A DNA stretch of 64,000 nucleotides from an uncultured delta proteobacterium (GTDB lineage: Bacteria > Desulfobacterota > Binatia > Binatales > Binataceae). The notes below the pieces were generated by a model, which did not search any database, was not told the origin of the DNA, and saw nothing but the letters and a program-made list of their open reading frames with translations. Below are positions 10,859-23,010 of this stretch, piece by piece; positions within the stretch are counted from its first letter, which is position 1, and the number at the start of each line of letters is the position of its first letter. The stretch lies in the NCBI GenBank assembly GCA_963724765.1, contig CAVRVY010000004.1:256001-320000 (forward strand), given 5' to 3'. A program made the position numbers and the translations under genes.

Positions 10859-11340
10859 TGTTGTTGAACCTGCATCACGGCCTGGCTTTTCAGCGTGACC
10901 GAGGAAGGAACCCCGGGGTATTTTACCAGGGTGTTGAAGGGAGCCTGTGTATTGACCACAACATAGTTCCCCTGCGGGTCATTGGTGCAGTAATTCGACG
11001 AACAGGCGAGAATGAATGCGGTCGGGGTTCCACACGTGCACTGGCTGGTAGTGACCGTCAGATTGGCAACATTAATACCATCCTGCTTGGCCGCCGCGAC
11101 CATCCCGGTTGAGTCGGCGGCGGTGATGACGCTATTCGATCCGTACTGCGCCGCCGCCCGCGCGGCATTGATTACCTCGAGATAGGCGTAGAAGAGCCGT
11201 CCGAAGTCGGCTGCCACCACCAGAATGAGCGCGAGCACAGGCAGCGCGAAAGCCAGTTCGACATAGCTCTGGCCACGCGCGGCCCAAAAGCGCCGCCGTC
11301 CCGGCACAGGCGTCTTGGCGTTCGAGCGATGGCTATTCAT
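10855..11340 (-). CDS. TadE-like pseudopilin (cassette copy 1)
   Basis: RG/QSYVE-LA..LP..DFGR, NAARAAAQY; Cys-rich loop. Confidence 0.8.
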   Translation of the reverse strand: MNSHRSNAKTPVPGRRRFWAARGQSYVELAFALPVLALILVVAADFGRLFYAYLEVINAARAAAQYGSNSVITAADSTGMVAAAKQDGINVANLTVTTSQCTCGTPTAFILACSSNYCTNDPQGNYVVVNTQAPFNTLVKYPGVPSSVTLKSQAVMQVQQQ

Positions 11341-12862
11341 AGAGTGCGCTCGATTTTATCGGCGCGCCGTCGGCCAGCGAGGAATAGTTGTTGCCCATGC
11401 TTAGATTGGCATTGCCCGTCACCGATACGGTGTAAGCAATCACGATCGTGTAGCCCGAGCCGCTGGAATTGCCCACATACGTGAGTGTGGTTGTCGGGAA
11501 GTACATGATGCCGTCAAAGCTGGACGACGAGTTGCCGACTATGGTGGCACCGGGGGATCCAACCGCGACCGAGGGGTCCTGGAAGAACAGAAATCCCTCT
11601 AACGTACCCGAGGTGGGAGCACTCAGATTGGCCGTTTCATTGCCCTTCAAGTAGATGGCGCCGTATGGGTAGCCAGTAGCGTTGGTGTCGTAAAATGTCA
11701 CTCCGGTGCCGTTCAAGGTGGAGTTGCCGGTAACCGACAATCCGCCGCCCGCCAGAATATAGGTGCCGGGACTGAAGGTCACGTCGGCGTTGCCGCTGAT
11801 GTTGATTCCGCCAAAATACGTGCCCGGCTGCAGAGTCACCGTGCTGTTCCCTTTGATGTCAACCGCGCCGCAGAATGTGTAAGTCCCGGGATTGAAGATC
11901 GTACCAGTAGTATTTCCACTCAGCGTGATGCTGTCGCCACTGCCCCCGTTCTGGTACTGCCCGGGATTGAAAATCAGGCCGCCGCTGTTCCCAGAGAAAC
12001 TGACCGTGTTCCCCCACGTGCCGCCGTTTAAGGTCAGTGAGCCCAGCAGATTTCCCGTAATCTGCACGCCGCCCCCATAAAGAAAAGGGCCTATGCTCTG
12101 AGCGGGAATATTGCCGCTTATGGTATCAGATCCGCTCGCGGCACCGCCCCTCTGAGTGCAGGTGCCGGCGCTGGGTGCGATGCTCTTGGCGCGGCTAGCA
12201 AGCGGGTCATCCAGCGCAGCAACATTGGTCACAGGCTTCGGAGAAATGGTGGCGTTTCCTGTTTGAGTAAAACTGCTTCCGGATACTCCGACTGATGTCG
12301 CCTTCAGCGTCGAGTTGCCGCTGACCGAAAGCCCGGATAAGGAAGTCGAGTCATCGACTACGCCGCACTGTGAAGTCACGTTCGCGTTGCCACTCAACGA
12401 AAAAGTGTTCGCGTCGCTCGGATCGAGCGCATATATGCATGCAGGTCCCGCAATGGCGCCGCTCACCGCCCGCGCGGCCACCTTCATGGAATTGTAGCCC
12501 AGCACGCGCAGGAAAAATGTCGGTACGTTCTGCGAGATGTCGACCTCGACGTAGGTCACATCGCTCGGATACGGCGACGGCAGCGTTGGTTCGCTCACCG
12601 TCACCGCTACATTGTTCTGTGAGTTGGTGAAGCCGTTGAATGAACTAACGTCATCGGCGGCCTTGGTGTAATCCTCTCCGTCGCGAAGCGCGGTAGCTCC
12701 CGCCACGGCCGCCGCGTCGGCCGCTGTCTGCATGCGCCGCCGCGTGGAATAGAGGTAACCCATGTCCACCGCCAGCGCGGTGAAGCCGAGCAAAACGACC
12801 ATGGAAATGGTCGCCAGCACGAGAATCTGGCCAGAGAACTGTCGACGGTAAGGAAGCTTCAT
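11333..12862 (-). CDS. TadG-like pilus-associated adhesin with G/N/S/T-rich beta-helix-like body (cassette copy 1)
   Basis: GQ..hydrophobic..LAVD.G...QTAADAAA.AGA Tad_N motif; repeated PG.Y/i.Gn motifs; start set where homology to copy 2 begins. Confidence 0.8.
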   Translation of the reverse strand: MKLPYRRQFSGQILVLATISMVVLLGFTALAVDMGYLYSTRRRMQTAADAAAVAGATALRDGEDYTKAADDVSSFNGFTNSQNNVAVTVSEPTLPSPYPSDVTYVEVDISQNVPTFFLRVLGYNSMKVAARAVSGAIAGPACIYALDPSDANTFSLSGNANVTSQCGVVDDSTSLSGLSVSGNSTLKATSVGVSGSSFTQTGNATISPKPVTNVAALDDPLASRAKSIAPSAGTCTQRGGAASGSDTISGNIPAQSIGPFLYGGGVQITGNLLGSLTLNGGTWGNTVSFSGNSGGLIFNPGQYQNGGSGDSITLSGNTTGTIFNPGTYTFCGAVDIKGNSTVTLQPGTYFGGINISGNADVTFSPGTYILAGGGLSVTGNSTLNGTGVTFYDTNATGYPYGAIYLKGNETANLSAPTSGTLEGFLFFQDPSVAVGSPGATIVGNSSSSFDGIMYFPTTTLTYVGNSSGSGYTIVIAYTVSVTGNANLSMGNNYSSLADGAPIKSSALYE

Positions 12863-13216
12863 GTCAAACGGCCTCACTTGCTGTCTTATTCGTCTGAGAT
12901 GAGCTATGCGTCGCGTCATATTAGGCGAACGATTGACGACTTCGCCTTTGCAGGCCACGTCATCTCCAATTCGTCGAAGGACGTTAAGCCTCGGCCCAGA
13001 ACCCGAAACCCCCGCCAGCTTATACCGACTCACCTATGTTATGCTTTGGCATTCTGTACGCTTTAACTATGGGAGACAAGACCGGTTCTGTGCGCCGATA
13101 GCGCTTTTGCTCCAGATGAAGTTTAATTTCTTGATTTCTTACGCTTCTTCCAGAATAGACGAGGTAGGTCAAAGCCACGCCCGATCATCGTGGCGGAAGA
13201 AGGTGGCTTCGCCGCG

Positions 13217-13951
13217 CTACACTGTAGCGGCGATCGCTTGTGAGAGGGTGAATCGTTCTTCGTAAAGCGCGCGACCCGTAATTACGCCAGCTATTCCGCA
13301 CGGGAACAGCCGACTCAACGCGATGACATCGTCGATTCGCGCGACCCCGCCGGAAGCAATTACCGGCGTCTCCGAGGATCGCGCAACCGCCGCGTACATT
13401 TGGATGTCGACCCCGCCCTCGGTACCATCGCGAGATACGTCAGTTAATATAACCGCGGCTACTCCAGCCTGCTGAAAGCGCTTCAAAGCGTCGGCCGCGA
13501 CAAGCTGACTTGTCTCGCGCCAACCCTTGATCGCCAAGCGCCCCTCACGCACATCAAGCGAGCCAAATACGCGTCCGGGATACTCGCGGCAGGCCTCGGC
13601 AAGCATCGGCGGGTTGAGCATCGCGGCCGATCCGATCGACACGTAGTCCGCACCCGCCGCGATCGCCGCGCGCACCGAATCGGCGGTTCTCAGCCCTCCA
13701 CTTACGTCCACCGCGCAGGCGACCGCGGCGCGAATTGCGCGGATCGATTCCAGGTTGCGCGGCGCGCCGGCGATCGCACCGTCGAGATCCACGACGTGGA
13801 TTATCCGCGCGCCCTCATTCTCGAAGGCGCGCGCGGTCGCCGCGGGATCGTTGCCGTAAACGGTTGCACGGTCCATCTCGCCGCGCAAAAGGCGCACAAC
13901 TTCACCTCCCTTGAGGTCGATCGAGGGAATGACGGTGAACTGCTCGAACAA
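13217..13951 (-). CDS. hisA: ProFAR isomerase HisA
   Basis: IPSIDL..G.VVRL..G, HVVDLDGA, SGGLR, TD..RDGT..G, IASGG, GRALY. Confidence 0.95.
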   Translation of the reverse strand: MFEQFTVIPSIDLKGGEVVRLLRGEMDRATVYGNDPAATARAFENEGARIIHVVDLDGAIAGAPRNLESIRAIRAAVACAVDVSGGLRTADSVRAAIAAGADYVSIGSAAMLNPPMLAEACREYPGRVFGSLDVREGRLAIKGWRETSQLVAADALKRFQQAGVAAVILTDVSRDGTEGGVDIQMYAAVARSSETPVIASGGVARIDDVIALSRLFPCGIAGVITGRALYEERFTLSQAIAATV

Positions 13952-13963
13952 GCGCGTGTTTTA

Positions 13964-14647
13964 CTACGACGAAAGCGTGCCCTTGGTTGATAGCACGCCG
14001 CCGCCCGAGCGCGGCTCGCGGGCGGTCGCCTGGTCCATCGCGCGCGCGAGCGCTTTGAAAGTGGCCTCGATGACGTGATGGGGATTGCGGCCGCCGACCA
14101 GGTTGAGATGCAGGTTCATCCCGGCCTCATCACTGAACGCTTTCATGAAGTCGTGCACCAGCTCAGTCTGGAAGGTTCCCACCCGCTCCTGTGCGATCGG
14201 GACGTTGTAGACGAGGTAGCTCCTGCCGCTGATGTCGACCACCGCCGAGCACAACGCCTCGTCCAGCGGAACCATCGCCTCGCCGAAGCGCCGGATGCCC
14301 GAGCGGTCGCCGAGCGCCTGGCGAAAGGCGCGCCCGAGCACAATACCGACGTCCTCGACCGTGTGATGCTCGTCGATATGAAGATCGCCGCTCGCCTGGA
14401 CCACGAGATCGAAGAAGCCGTGGCGCGCGAAGCTCTCCAGCATGTGGTCGAGGAACGGCACGCCGGTCTCGACCGCGCCGCGCCCGCCGCCGTCGAGATT
14501 GAGGGCGACCTTGACCTCGGTCTCGCGCGTCTTGCGTTCGACCGCGGCCGAGCGGGCGGAAAGCGGCTCGCCACCGGCGCTCGCGCGCGGCTTGTCCGCG
14601 GGCGCGACTTTCAAGCGCGAAGCCTTAAACTGAGACTTGTTGGCCAT
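13964..14647 (-). CDS. hisB: Imidazoleglycerol-phosphate dehydratase HisB (monofunctional)
   Basis: RKTRET, FLDHML, DEHHTVED, NPHHVIEA.FKA, STKG. Confidence 0.97.
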   Translation of the reverse strand: MANKSQFKASRLKVAPADKPRASAGGEPLSARSAAVERKTRETEVKVALNLDGGGRGAVETGVPFLDHMLESFARHGFFDLVVQASGDLHIDEHHTVEDVGIVLGRAFRQALGDRSGIRRFGEAMVPLDEALCSAVVDISGRSYLVYNVPIAQERVGTFQTELVHDFMKAFSDEAGMNLHLNLVGGRNPHHVIEATFKALARAMDQATAREPRSGGGVLSTKGTLSS

Positions 14648-14735
14648 CTTTTTCAGAAGATACCTGCCTAGAGCATATTACCCGTCAGACGGGATTTGGG
14701 TAACTCGCGCGGCAGAATTTTTTCCCTCTCGACCA

Positions 14736-14802
14736 AGGCCGTTCATCAACGGCCTCTAAACCGGAACGATCTGATTTGTAGGGCCCGTTCGTGAACGGCC
14801 TC

Positions 14803-14803
<1 letters not shown>
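14736..14803. repeat. Pair of REP-like palindromes in opposite orientation (GTAG-type)
   Basis: aggccgttcatcaacggcct (14736-14755) and gtagggcccgttcgtgaacggcctct (14778-14803) between hisD and hisB. Confidence 0.7.
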
Positions 14804-16149
<1,346 letters not shown>

Positions 16150-16160
16150 CGCATCGCATC

Positions 16161-17429
<1,269 letters not shown>

Positions 17430-17581
17430 TCGAAGATGTAGTTTTCCCCCCGGGGCCGTCGAATCGAAGCCTGCGTGCGCGGCCAGCATCTCAGCGCCGT
17501 CCACTTTCGCTGGTAAGTATCGTTTACCAACGATGGTAAGTAAAAGGTGTGCGACCGAAATGCGCGACAAAGGCCCCGGGT

Positions 17582-17625
17582 TGTCATCCCGAGCGAGTCC
17601 GCGAGTCGCGGGACCCGGATCCTCT
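17582..17625 (+). repeat. GTCATCC-type short palindromic repeat element
   Basis: tgtcatcccgagcgag... resembles 63611 (ctgtcatcctgagcg) and the reverse complement of 37026-37061. Confidence 0.5.
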
Positions 17626-17729
17626 CCGCGAAGGCGAGTAGCTTCTTCGTGGCGCCTGGCGTTCCCGTTCTCGGTTGGAACGTCCGCCACAGAGCTACTT
17701 TAACCGCGAGCGATTATCAGGCAGCCAAT

Positions 17730-19016
17730 CTATAACGCGGTGAACTTGCCGCCGATGAGCTTGAACGTCACCTTTTCGCCGTTAACTTCCGAGAGAACAC
17801 TGTTCCGGATTTCGGGCGTATCCTCGGTCAGGTAGACGTGGAGCGCCGCGCTATCGGGGGTGTCTCCTGCACCAATCCCAACTGCAGCGACCCCGCGCTG
17901 CGCGAGCAGTTTTTGCCCGTGAGTCTGCTTGACGCTGCGCACGTGCTCGATGGACGCGCGGAGCGTGTCGCTGATCTCGGCCGACCGAACTGAGCCCTCG
18001 ACTTGCAACTCCAGCGGGGGCGCCGTGCACGTCTGCCCGACAAGTGACACCTTGAGCGTGGTAAGAATGGTTTGGATCGGATTAACCGCCACGATCGTGC
18101 CGCCCGAATCAGGTCCGGCGCCAGAGGCGCCCGCGAACACCATGCCAATCGCCTGCGGGCAGGTGAAGTCCGCGGTGACCACTATCGCGCCTGAATCACC
18201 ACTACTGGCAAAACCGCAGCTTCCGGGTTGACCTGGCACTTCGCCGAAAATCAGAATCTGATGGTCAAACAGGGCCGTACCCGACGCTGCGATATTACAG
18301 GTATTGGTGTAAACCACCTGACCCATCGCATCGAATGCGTCGACCACGCCAGAAGTCAGACAGCTCGACCGCCCCATCTTCATGACCGGCAGACCGACAA
18401 CCAGATTGTCGAACGGAAACGGGGTGGTGCTAATCTGCCCGATGTTAAGGATCGCACCTGAGAGGTCGACGCCTGGCACCGAAGGGCCGACCGGACCTTG
18501 GTTTGCCATCACAACCTTGGCGATCGCTGCATCTAACAAATTTTCGCCACCCGCGAAGTTGATCGGCGTCCATTTTGAAAGCTGCGCCACAGTGTCGCCC
18601 CTATCCTGCCAGCAGGCAAGATCGAGCAGACCCGGCTGGACGATCGGTTCCAATAGATTGGCACTTGCGGATCCACTGCTGGTGCGCGCTAACACGTGGT
18701 TGGTGCTCAAGACAAACGGAACACCGGTGCTGTTTTGCACGAGGGCGCCAAAAGTACCCGCACAGCAGGTGACCCCGGTCTTCTTGGATTTCGTCACACT
18801 GTGGAAGTTACCGCCCGAGACGCCAAACAACGAAGGCGGTTCTTCCGCGCCCGTCTCACATTCGGCGGCCGCGCCGCTGGGCAGCGTGGTAATCGAGCAG
18901 CTTAGTGCCGGGGTAGCCGAGGGGGTCGGCGTTGTCTGCGCGTTAGCCGTTACTGTACCGAGCATCACGGCCAGCACCACCAGCAAAGCCGCCCCGCATA
19001 ATGAACGCTCCTTCAC
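17730..19016 (-). CDS. Secreted trypsin-like (Nal1-like) serine protease
   Basis: LSTNHVL (His), DAAIAK (Asp), KMGRSS.LT.G, GDSGA (Ser); signal peptide; GAGGAGG before GTG 19016. Confidence 0.75.
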   Translation of the reverse strand: MKERSLCGAALLVVLAVMLGTVTANAQTTPTPSATPALSCSITTLPSGAAAECETGAEEPPSLFGVSGGNFHSVTKSKKTGVTCCAGTFGALVQNSTGVPFVLSTNHVLARTSSGSASANLLEPIVQPGLLDLACWQDRGDTVAQLSKWTPINFAGGENLLDAAIAKVVMANQGPVGPSVPGVDLSGAILNIGQISTTPFPFDNLVVGLPVMKMGRSSCLTSGVVDAFDAMGQVVYTNTCNIAASGTALFDHQILIFGEVPGQPGSCGFASSGDSGAIVVTADFTCPQAIGMVFAGASGAGPDSGGTIVAVNPIQTILTTLKVSLVGQTCTAPPLELQVEGSVRSAEISDTLRASIEHVRSVKQTHGQKLLAQRGVAAVGIGAGDTPDSAALHVYLTEDTPEIRNSVLSEVNGEKVTFKLIGGKFTAL

Positions 19017-19465
19017 GAGACCCTCCTCCCCCAGTCGGGCTCCGCAGAGCCGAAGCGCGAACATCCATCAGTTGGCCCATTGCGCCGCGCGCAGTTGCCG
19101 AAGGATTATCAGAATGCCAATGAGAAGGAAATAGGTCTCGGTGACCAGAGATTTAATCATTTTGATTGACCAGATATGGATCAGCGCCGATCGCCGATAG
19201 GAAGCTGGACAAAACTTAGCGATTCGTGCCTTGAAGCCGATTTGCCCTAAGTTTTAGTATAAGGGACGTTAGCCACGAAGCAGATATCTCTGGGCATGAG
19301 AAAGAGCGGCGCGATCGGTCTTGCTGTTAAGTAAGCCGGATAGACCCGACAATGTTATCGTTTGCGTGTTGTATTTAAAGCGATCGTATAAGTTGCGCGG
19401 CCGAGATGCCGATAGAGCTGGTTATCCGACCCACCTCTTCAGTCATCCTGACCGAAGACCGGTTA

Positions 19466-20419
19466 CTAAAGAGCGCGGCCGGCGCGCACCACCCGTTCGA
19501 CGCCCGCGAGGTCGCGGACCCGCACGCTCACAGCGCATCCGGCTGCACGCATCATCGCCTCAACCGCTTCCGCCTGTTCCGCGCCTACTTCAAGTATCAC
19601 TTCACCGCCGGGGACCAGCCATCGCATTAGCCCGTCGGCGATCTTGCGATAGAATTCCATGCCGTCAGGACCACCCTCAAGTGCGATCCGCGGCTCGAAG
19701 TCGCGCACCTCGGGCGCCAGCGCGGCAAGCTCGGCCTCGGCGATGTAAGGCGGATTGGACACGATCAGATTGAATCGATCGAACGGCGGCGCGATGGCAT
19801 CGAGCGCGGCATAGCAATCGCTCTTAAGGAAACTGATCCGGTCGGCGCATCGATGGCGTCGCGCGTTGTCGGCGGCGACCTCAAGCGATACTTTAGATAT
19901 GTCCAGCGCGACGATCTTTGCCCCGGGCGCGTTTGCGGCGATCGCAATAGCGATCGCGCCCGACCCCGTACCGATGTCGAGCACTCTAACAGTGGGATGA
20001 GAGGGACGTTCACGAACGGCCCCAACTGCACAAGGGTCCCGGCGGCGTTCTCGTGCGCGCAGAAAATCCAGCGCGGCCTCGACCACGGTCTCGGTCTCGG
20101 GCCGCGGGATCAGCACGCCGGGGCGCACCGCGAGTTCGAGCGAAAAGAACTCGCGCCGCCCGACAATATAGGCGAGCGGCTCGCGACTCTCGCGCCGCGC
20201 GACCATCCGCTCGAAGCGCTCCGAGGCGGCCGTGTCAATTTCCCCGATGCCGGCGACGATCGCCGCGCGCGAGATACCCGCCGCCGCGGCCATCAGCAAC
20301 TCAGCGTCCAGGCGCGCGCTATCAATCCCGATGCGCGCCAGACGCGCGCTCGCGGCCGCGAGCATCGCCGCAGCTTCACGCCCGGCCGTATGCGGCTTGG
20401 CGATAGCTTCGGGATTCAT
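19466..20419 (-). CDS. prmC: Release factor glutamine methyltransferase PrmC/HemK
   Basis: EPLAYI.G..EF, LIPRPETE, LDIGTGSGAI, SNPPY; directly downstream of prfA. Confidence 0.95.
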   Translation of the reverse strand: MNPEAIAKPHTAGREAAAMLAAASARLARIGIDSARLDAELLMAAAAGISRAAIVAGIGEIDTAASERFERMVARRESREPLAYIVGRREFFSLELAVRPGVLIPRPETETVVEAALDFLRARERRRDPCAVGAVRERPSHPTVRVLDIGTGSGAIAIAIAANAPGAKIVALDISKVSLEVAADNARRHRCADRISFLKSDCYAALDAIAPPFDRFNLIVSNPPYIAEAELAALAPEVRDFEPRIALEGGPDGMEFYRKIADGLMRWLVPGGEVILEVGAEQAEAVEAMMRAAGCAVSVRVRDLAGVERVVRAGRAL

Positions 20420-20424
20420 CGGCG

Positions 20425-21492
20425 TTACGTGCTCAGCGCTTCGGCCTGCTCGCGCGTGGCCAGCGCATCGATCAGCGGATCGATCGCGCCGTCGAGCACC
20501 TGGTCGAGTTGATGCAGCGTGAGGTTGACGCGATGGTCGGTGACGCGGGACTGCGGAAAATTGTAGGTGCGGATGCGCTCGGAGCGATCGCCGGTGCCCA
20601 CCATCGAGCGGCGCGTCGCGGCCATCTTAGCGTCCTGCTCGGCCTGCGCCGCTTCCAGCAGGCGCGCGCGCAGAATTTTGAGCGCCCGCGCCTTGTTCTT
20701 GTGCTGCGATTTTTCGTCGCGGCAGACGATCACCATCCCGGTCGGAATGTGCGTGATGCGCACGGCCGAATCGGTGGTGTTAACGCTCTGGCCGCCGGGT
20801 CCCGAGGCGCGCATCACGTCGATGCGCAGGTCTTTTTCCTCGTTGATGTTGACTTCGACGTCGTCGGCTTCAGGCATCACCGCCACGGTGACGGCCGAGG
20901 TATGGATGCGACCCGACGCTTCGGTGGCGGGCACGCGCTGCACGCGATGCACGCCGCCCTCGAACTTGAGCCGGCTGTAAGCGCCGCGGCCCGCGATAAG
21001 CGCGATCACTTCCTTGATTCCGCCAAGGCCAGTGGTGCTGAGGCTCAGCGACTCGACTTTCCATCGATGGCGCTCGGCGTAGCGCGTGTACATCCGAAAG
21101 AGTTCGCCCGCGAAGAGCGAAGCTTCCTCGCCGCCGGTGCCGGCGCGAATCTCGAGCAGCACGTTGCGGTCGTCGTTGGGATCGCGCGGCGTGATCAGTA
21201 TCTTGATTCGTTCTTCGAGCTCGGCCTGGCGCTTTTGCAGCGTCGGCAACTCGCCCTTGGCCAGCTCGCGCAAGTCCTCGTCGTCGCCCTCGAGCACGGC
21301 GCGATGGTCGGCGATGTCGCTCAGCGTGTGGCGATACTCGCGGATGGCGCCGATCACTTCCATGAGCGAGGACCGTTCGCGGGCGAGCTGCGCATATTCG
21401 CGATTATTGGCGATTACCGCCGGGTCGCTGATGCGCCGCTCCAGTTCGGCGAAGCGCTCTTCGATTCCCTTGAGCTTGTCGAGCATCGGCAC
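20425..21492 (-). CDS. prfA: Peptide chain release factor 1
   Basis: EIRAGTGGEEA, HRVQRVPAT (PxT), GGQ, ERIRTYNFPQ. Confidence 0.98.
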   Translation of the reverse strand: MPMLDKLKGIEERFAELERRISDPAVIANNREYAQLARERSSLMEVIGAIREYRHTLSDIADHRAVLEGDDEDLRELAKGELPTLQKRQAELEERIKILITPRDPNDDRNVLLEIRAGTGGEEASLFAGELFRMYTRYAERHRWKVESLSLSTTGLGGIKEVIALIAGRGAYSRLKFEGGVHRVQRVPATEASGRIHTSAVTVAVMPEADDVEVNINEEKDLRIDVMRASGPGGQSVNTTDSAVRITHIPTGMVIVCRDEKSQHKNKARALKILRARLLEAAQAEQDAKMAATRRSMVGTGDRSERIRTYNFPQSRVTDHRVNLTLHQLDQVLDGAIDPLIDALATREQAEALST

Positions 21493-21634
21493 CTAAGTCG
21501 TGACGGAGCGTGGATTCAGCACCGCACGGGACAAAAATTTAGCGCGGCTACCAAGTGTTGGGCCAGCCGCGCCATCAAGACCGATCCCCCGCCCACCCGG
21601 ACGCATCATGGCGCGCCGCGGGCAGCGGAGGTTG

Positions 21635-21841
21635 CTATGCTACTTTACGACCGTACTTGCGATTGAAGCGCTCGATCCGGCCGGCCGTGTCGACCAGCCG
21701 CTGCGTGCCGGTGTAGAAGGGATGGCAATTCGAGCAGACCTCGACGTGCAATTCGTTCACCGTCGAACGCGTCTCGAACGTGTTGCCGCATGCGCAGGTG
21801 ACTACGCAGCGATGGTATTCGGGATGGATTCCGGGTTTCAT
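21635..21841 (-). CDS. rpmE: 50S ribosomal protein L31 (Zn-binding type)
   Basis: [23 protein letters not shown]. Confidence 0.98.
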   Translation of the reverse strand: MKPGIHPEYHRCVVTCACGNTFETRSTVNELHVEVCSNCHPFYTGTQRLVDTAGRIERFNRKYGRKVA

Positions 21842-22108
21842 TGGCTTCCTTCTGTTCGGAGTAGTGTATCATCAGGCGGCAGGTCACTCAATTGACTTCC
21901 GATCACTTGCCGATTCGGTCGCAATTCACTCGCAATCGGTCCGCGATTCAGCCATAAAGGAGCCCGCCACCCGTTTGACCTTGAGCTAAGATAACCACGA
22001 ATCGGCGCTTTGTCATTGTCCGCTGCGACCCTTCGGTACTAAAATCGTGCGCTCGCGGCGCGAGCGTCAGAATTCGGAATCACGGGATTTTTCTCCGCCA
22101 GGACGGTA

Positions 22109-22918
22109 ATGCGACACGGTTTAATGCCCTCGGTCCGCGCCAGTGTGCGCGCCGTCACGACGGACGGCCGGCCTGGCGTAACGGCCACGCTGGGCGCGGC
22201 GATTCTCGCAGCGATGATGGTTATTGGATGCTCATCGCAAAAGCCTGCCGTCGCCGCCCCATCCCCGCCCCCTCCACCGCCGCCGGCCGCGGCCCCCGGC
22301 TCGCCGCATGTGATCACTGATCTCTCGCAGCTTTCGTCCAGCGATACCGATGCCGCCTCGCTCAACACTGCCGCGAAAGTGCTGAAATCCGACCCGTCCC
22401 GGGACGAGACCGCGATGGTCACGCACGGCTTCGGCAGAGACACACCCTCCACGCTGCGCCGGCTGTTCCTGGATGATCCCGAATCCCCGCGATACGCCGA
22501 GACCGGGATTCCCCATACCCAGGAGCGGCTGCTCAATGCCAAGGCGGCCGAGTATCCAAGCTTCGCCAACATGATGCTCACGCAACTGCTCGCCGATATG
22601 GTCGAGAACGAGAAGACGGAACCGATGGTGACGCTGGAGTTGGGCGAAGAGATCAAACCCGTAATCGTGACTGCCATCCTCGACGACAAGGGCCAGCTAA
22701 GGGAGCTGATTTACCATCAGCATTCCGGACTCGCTGCGATCGACGACTTCGTAATTGCCGCCTGCAAGCGATCGCTGTGGGCCAACAACATGCCTAAGGG
22801 TGCCTTGTCCGAAGACGGCACCTACCGTTTGCGTATTGAAGCCCAGCTTAGCAAGTATAGTGCGGACAGAGAGGGCAGGCAGACGTTCACCACGCGGCTT
22901 GGCCTGGGAATCCTGTGA
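22109..22918 (+). CDS. Hypothetical lipoprotein with Pro-rich linker and possible TonB/TolA C-terminal-like domain
   Basis: VIGC lipobox-like; PPPPPP linker; VIVTAILDDKG...HSG...IDD..IAA resembles TonB_C; start uncertain. Confidence 0.5.
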   Translation: MRHGLMPSVRASVRAVTTDGRPGVTATLGAAILAAMMVIGCSSQKPAVAAPSPPPPPPPAAAPGSPHVITDLSQLSSSDTDAASLNTAAKVLKSDPSRDETAMVTHGFGRDTPSTLRRLFLDDPESPRYAETGIPHTQERLLNAKAAEYPSFANMMLTQLLADMVENEKTEPMVTLELGEEIKPVIVTAILDDKGQLRELIYHQHSGLAAIDDFVIAACKRSLWANNMPKGALSEDGTYRLRIEAQLSKYSADREGRQTFTTRLGLGIL

Positions 22919-23010
22919 TCCCCGGGCCTGCGCGGATTTTCCTCGACGGAATTTCGCTGAGCCGTTTTTTTCGATCACGAGGCGCGGATTACAGCGTGGA
23001 TCACAGATAG

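Larger units (their letters stand above)
10415..12862 (-). repeat. ~2.4 kb tadG-tadE-tadE repeat, inverted relative to 51109-53547
   Basis: Reverse complement is near-identical to 51109-51516 and 52570-53547; central part diverged. Confidence 0.95.

Noticed and set aside
10415-12862. Tad copy 1 as a pure assembly duplicate
   Set aside because: The central ~1 kb is strongly diverged with intact reading frames in both copies; read-level checking is still advisable
20509-21666. Long antisense ORFs (also 5628-7001, 28415-29884, 37133-38425)
   Set aside because: Typical shadow ORFs of high-GC genes on the opposite strand of well-supported CDSs
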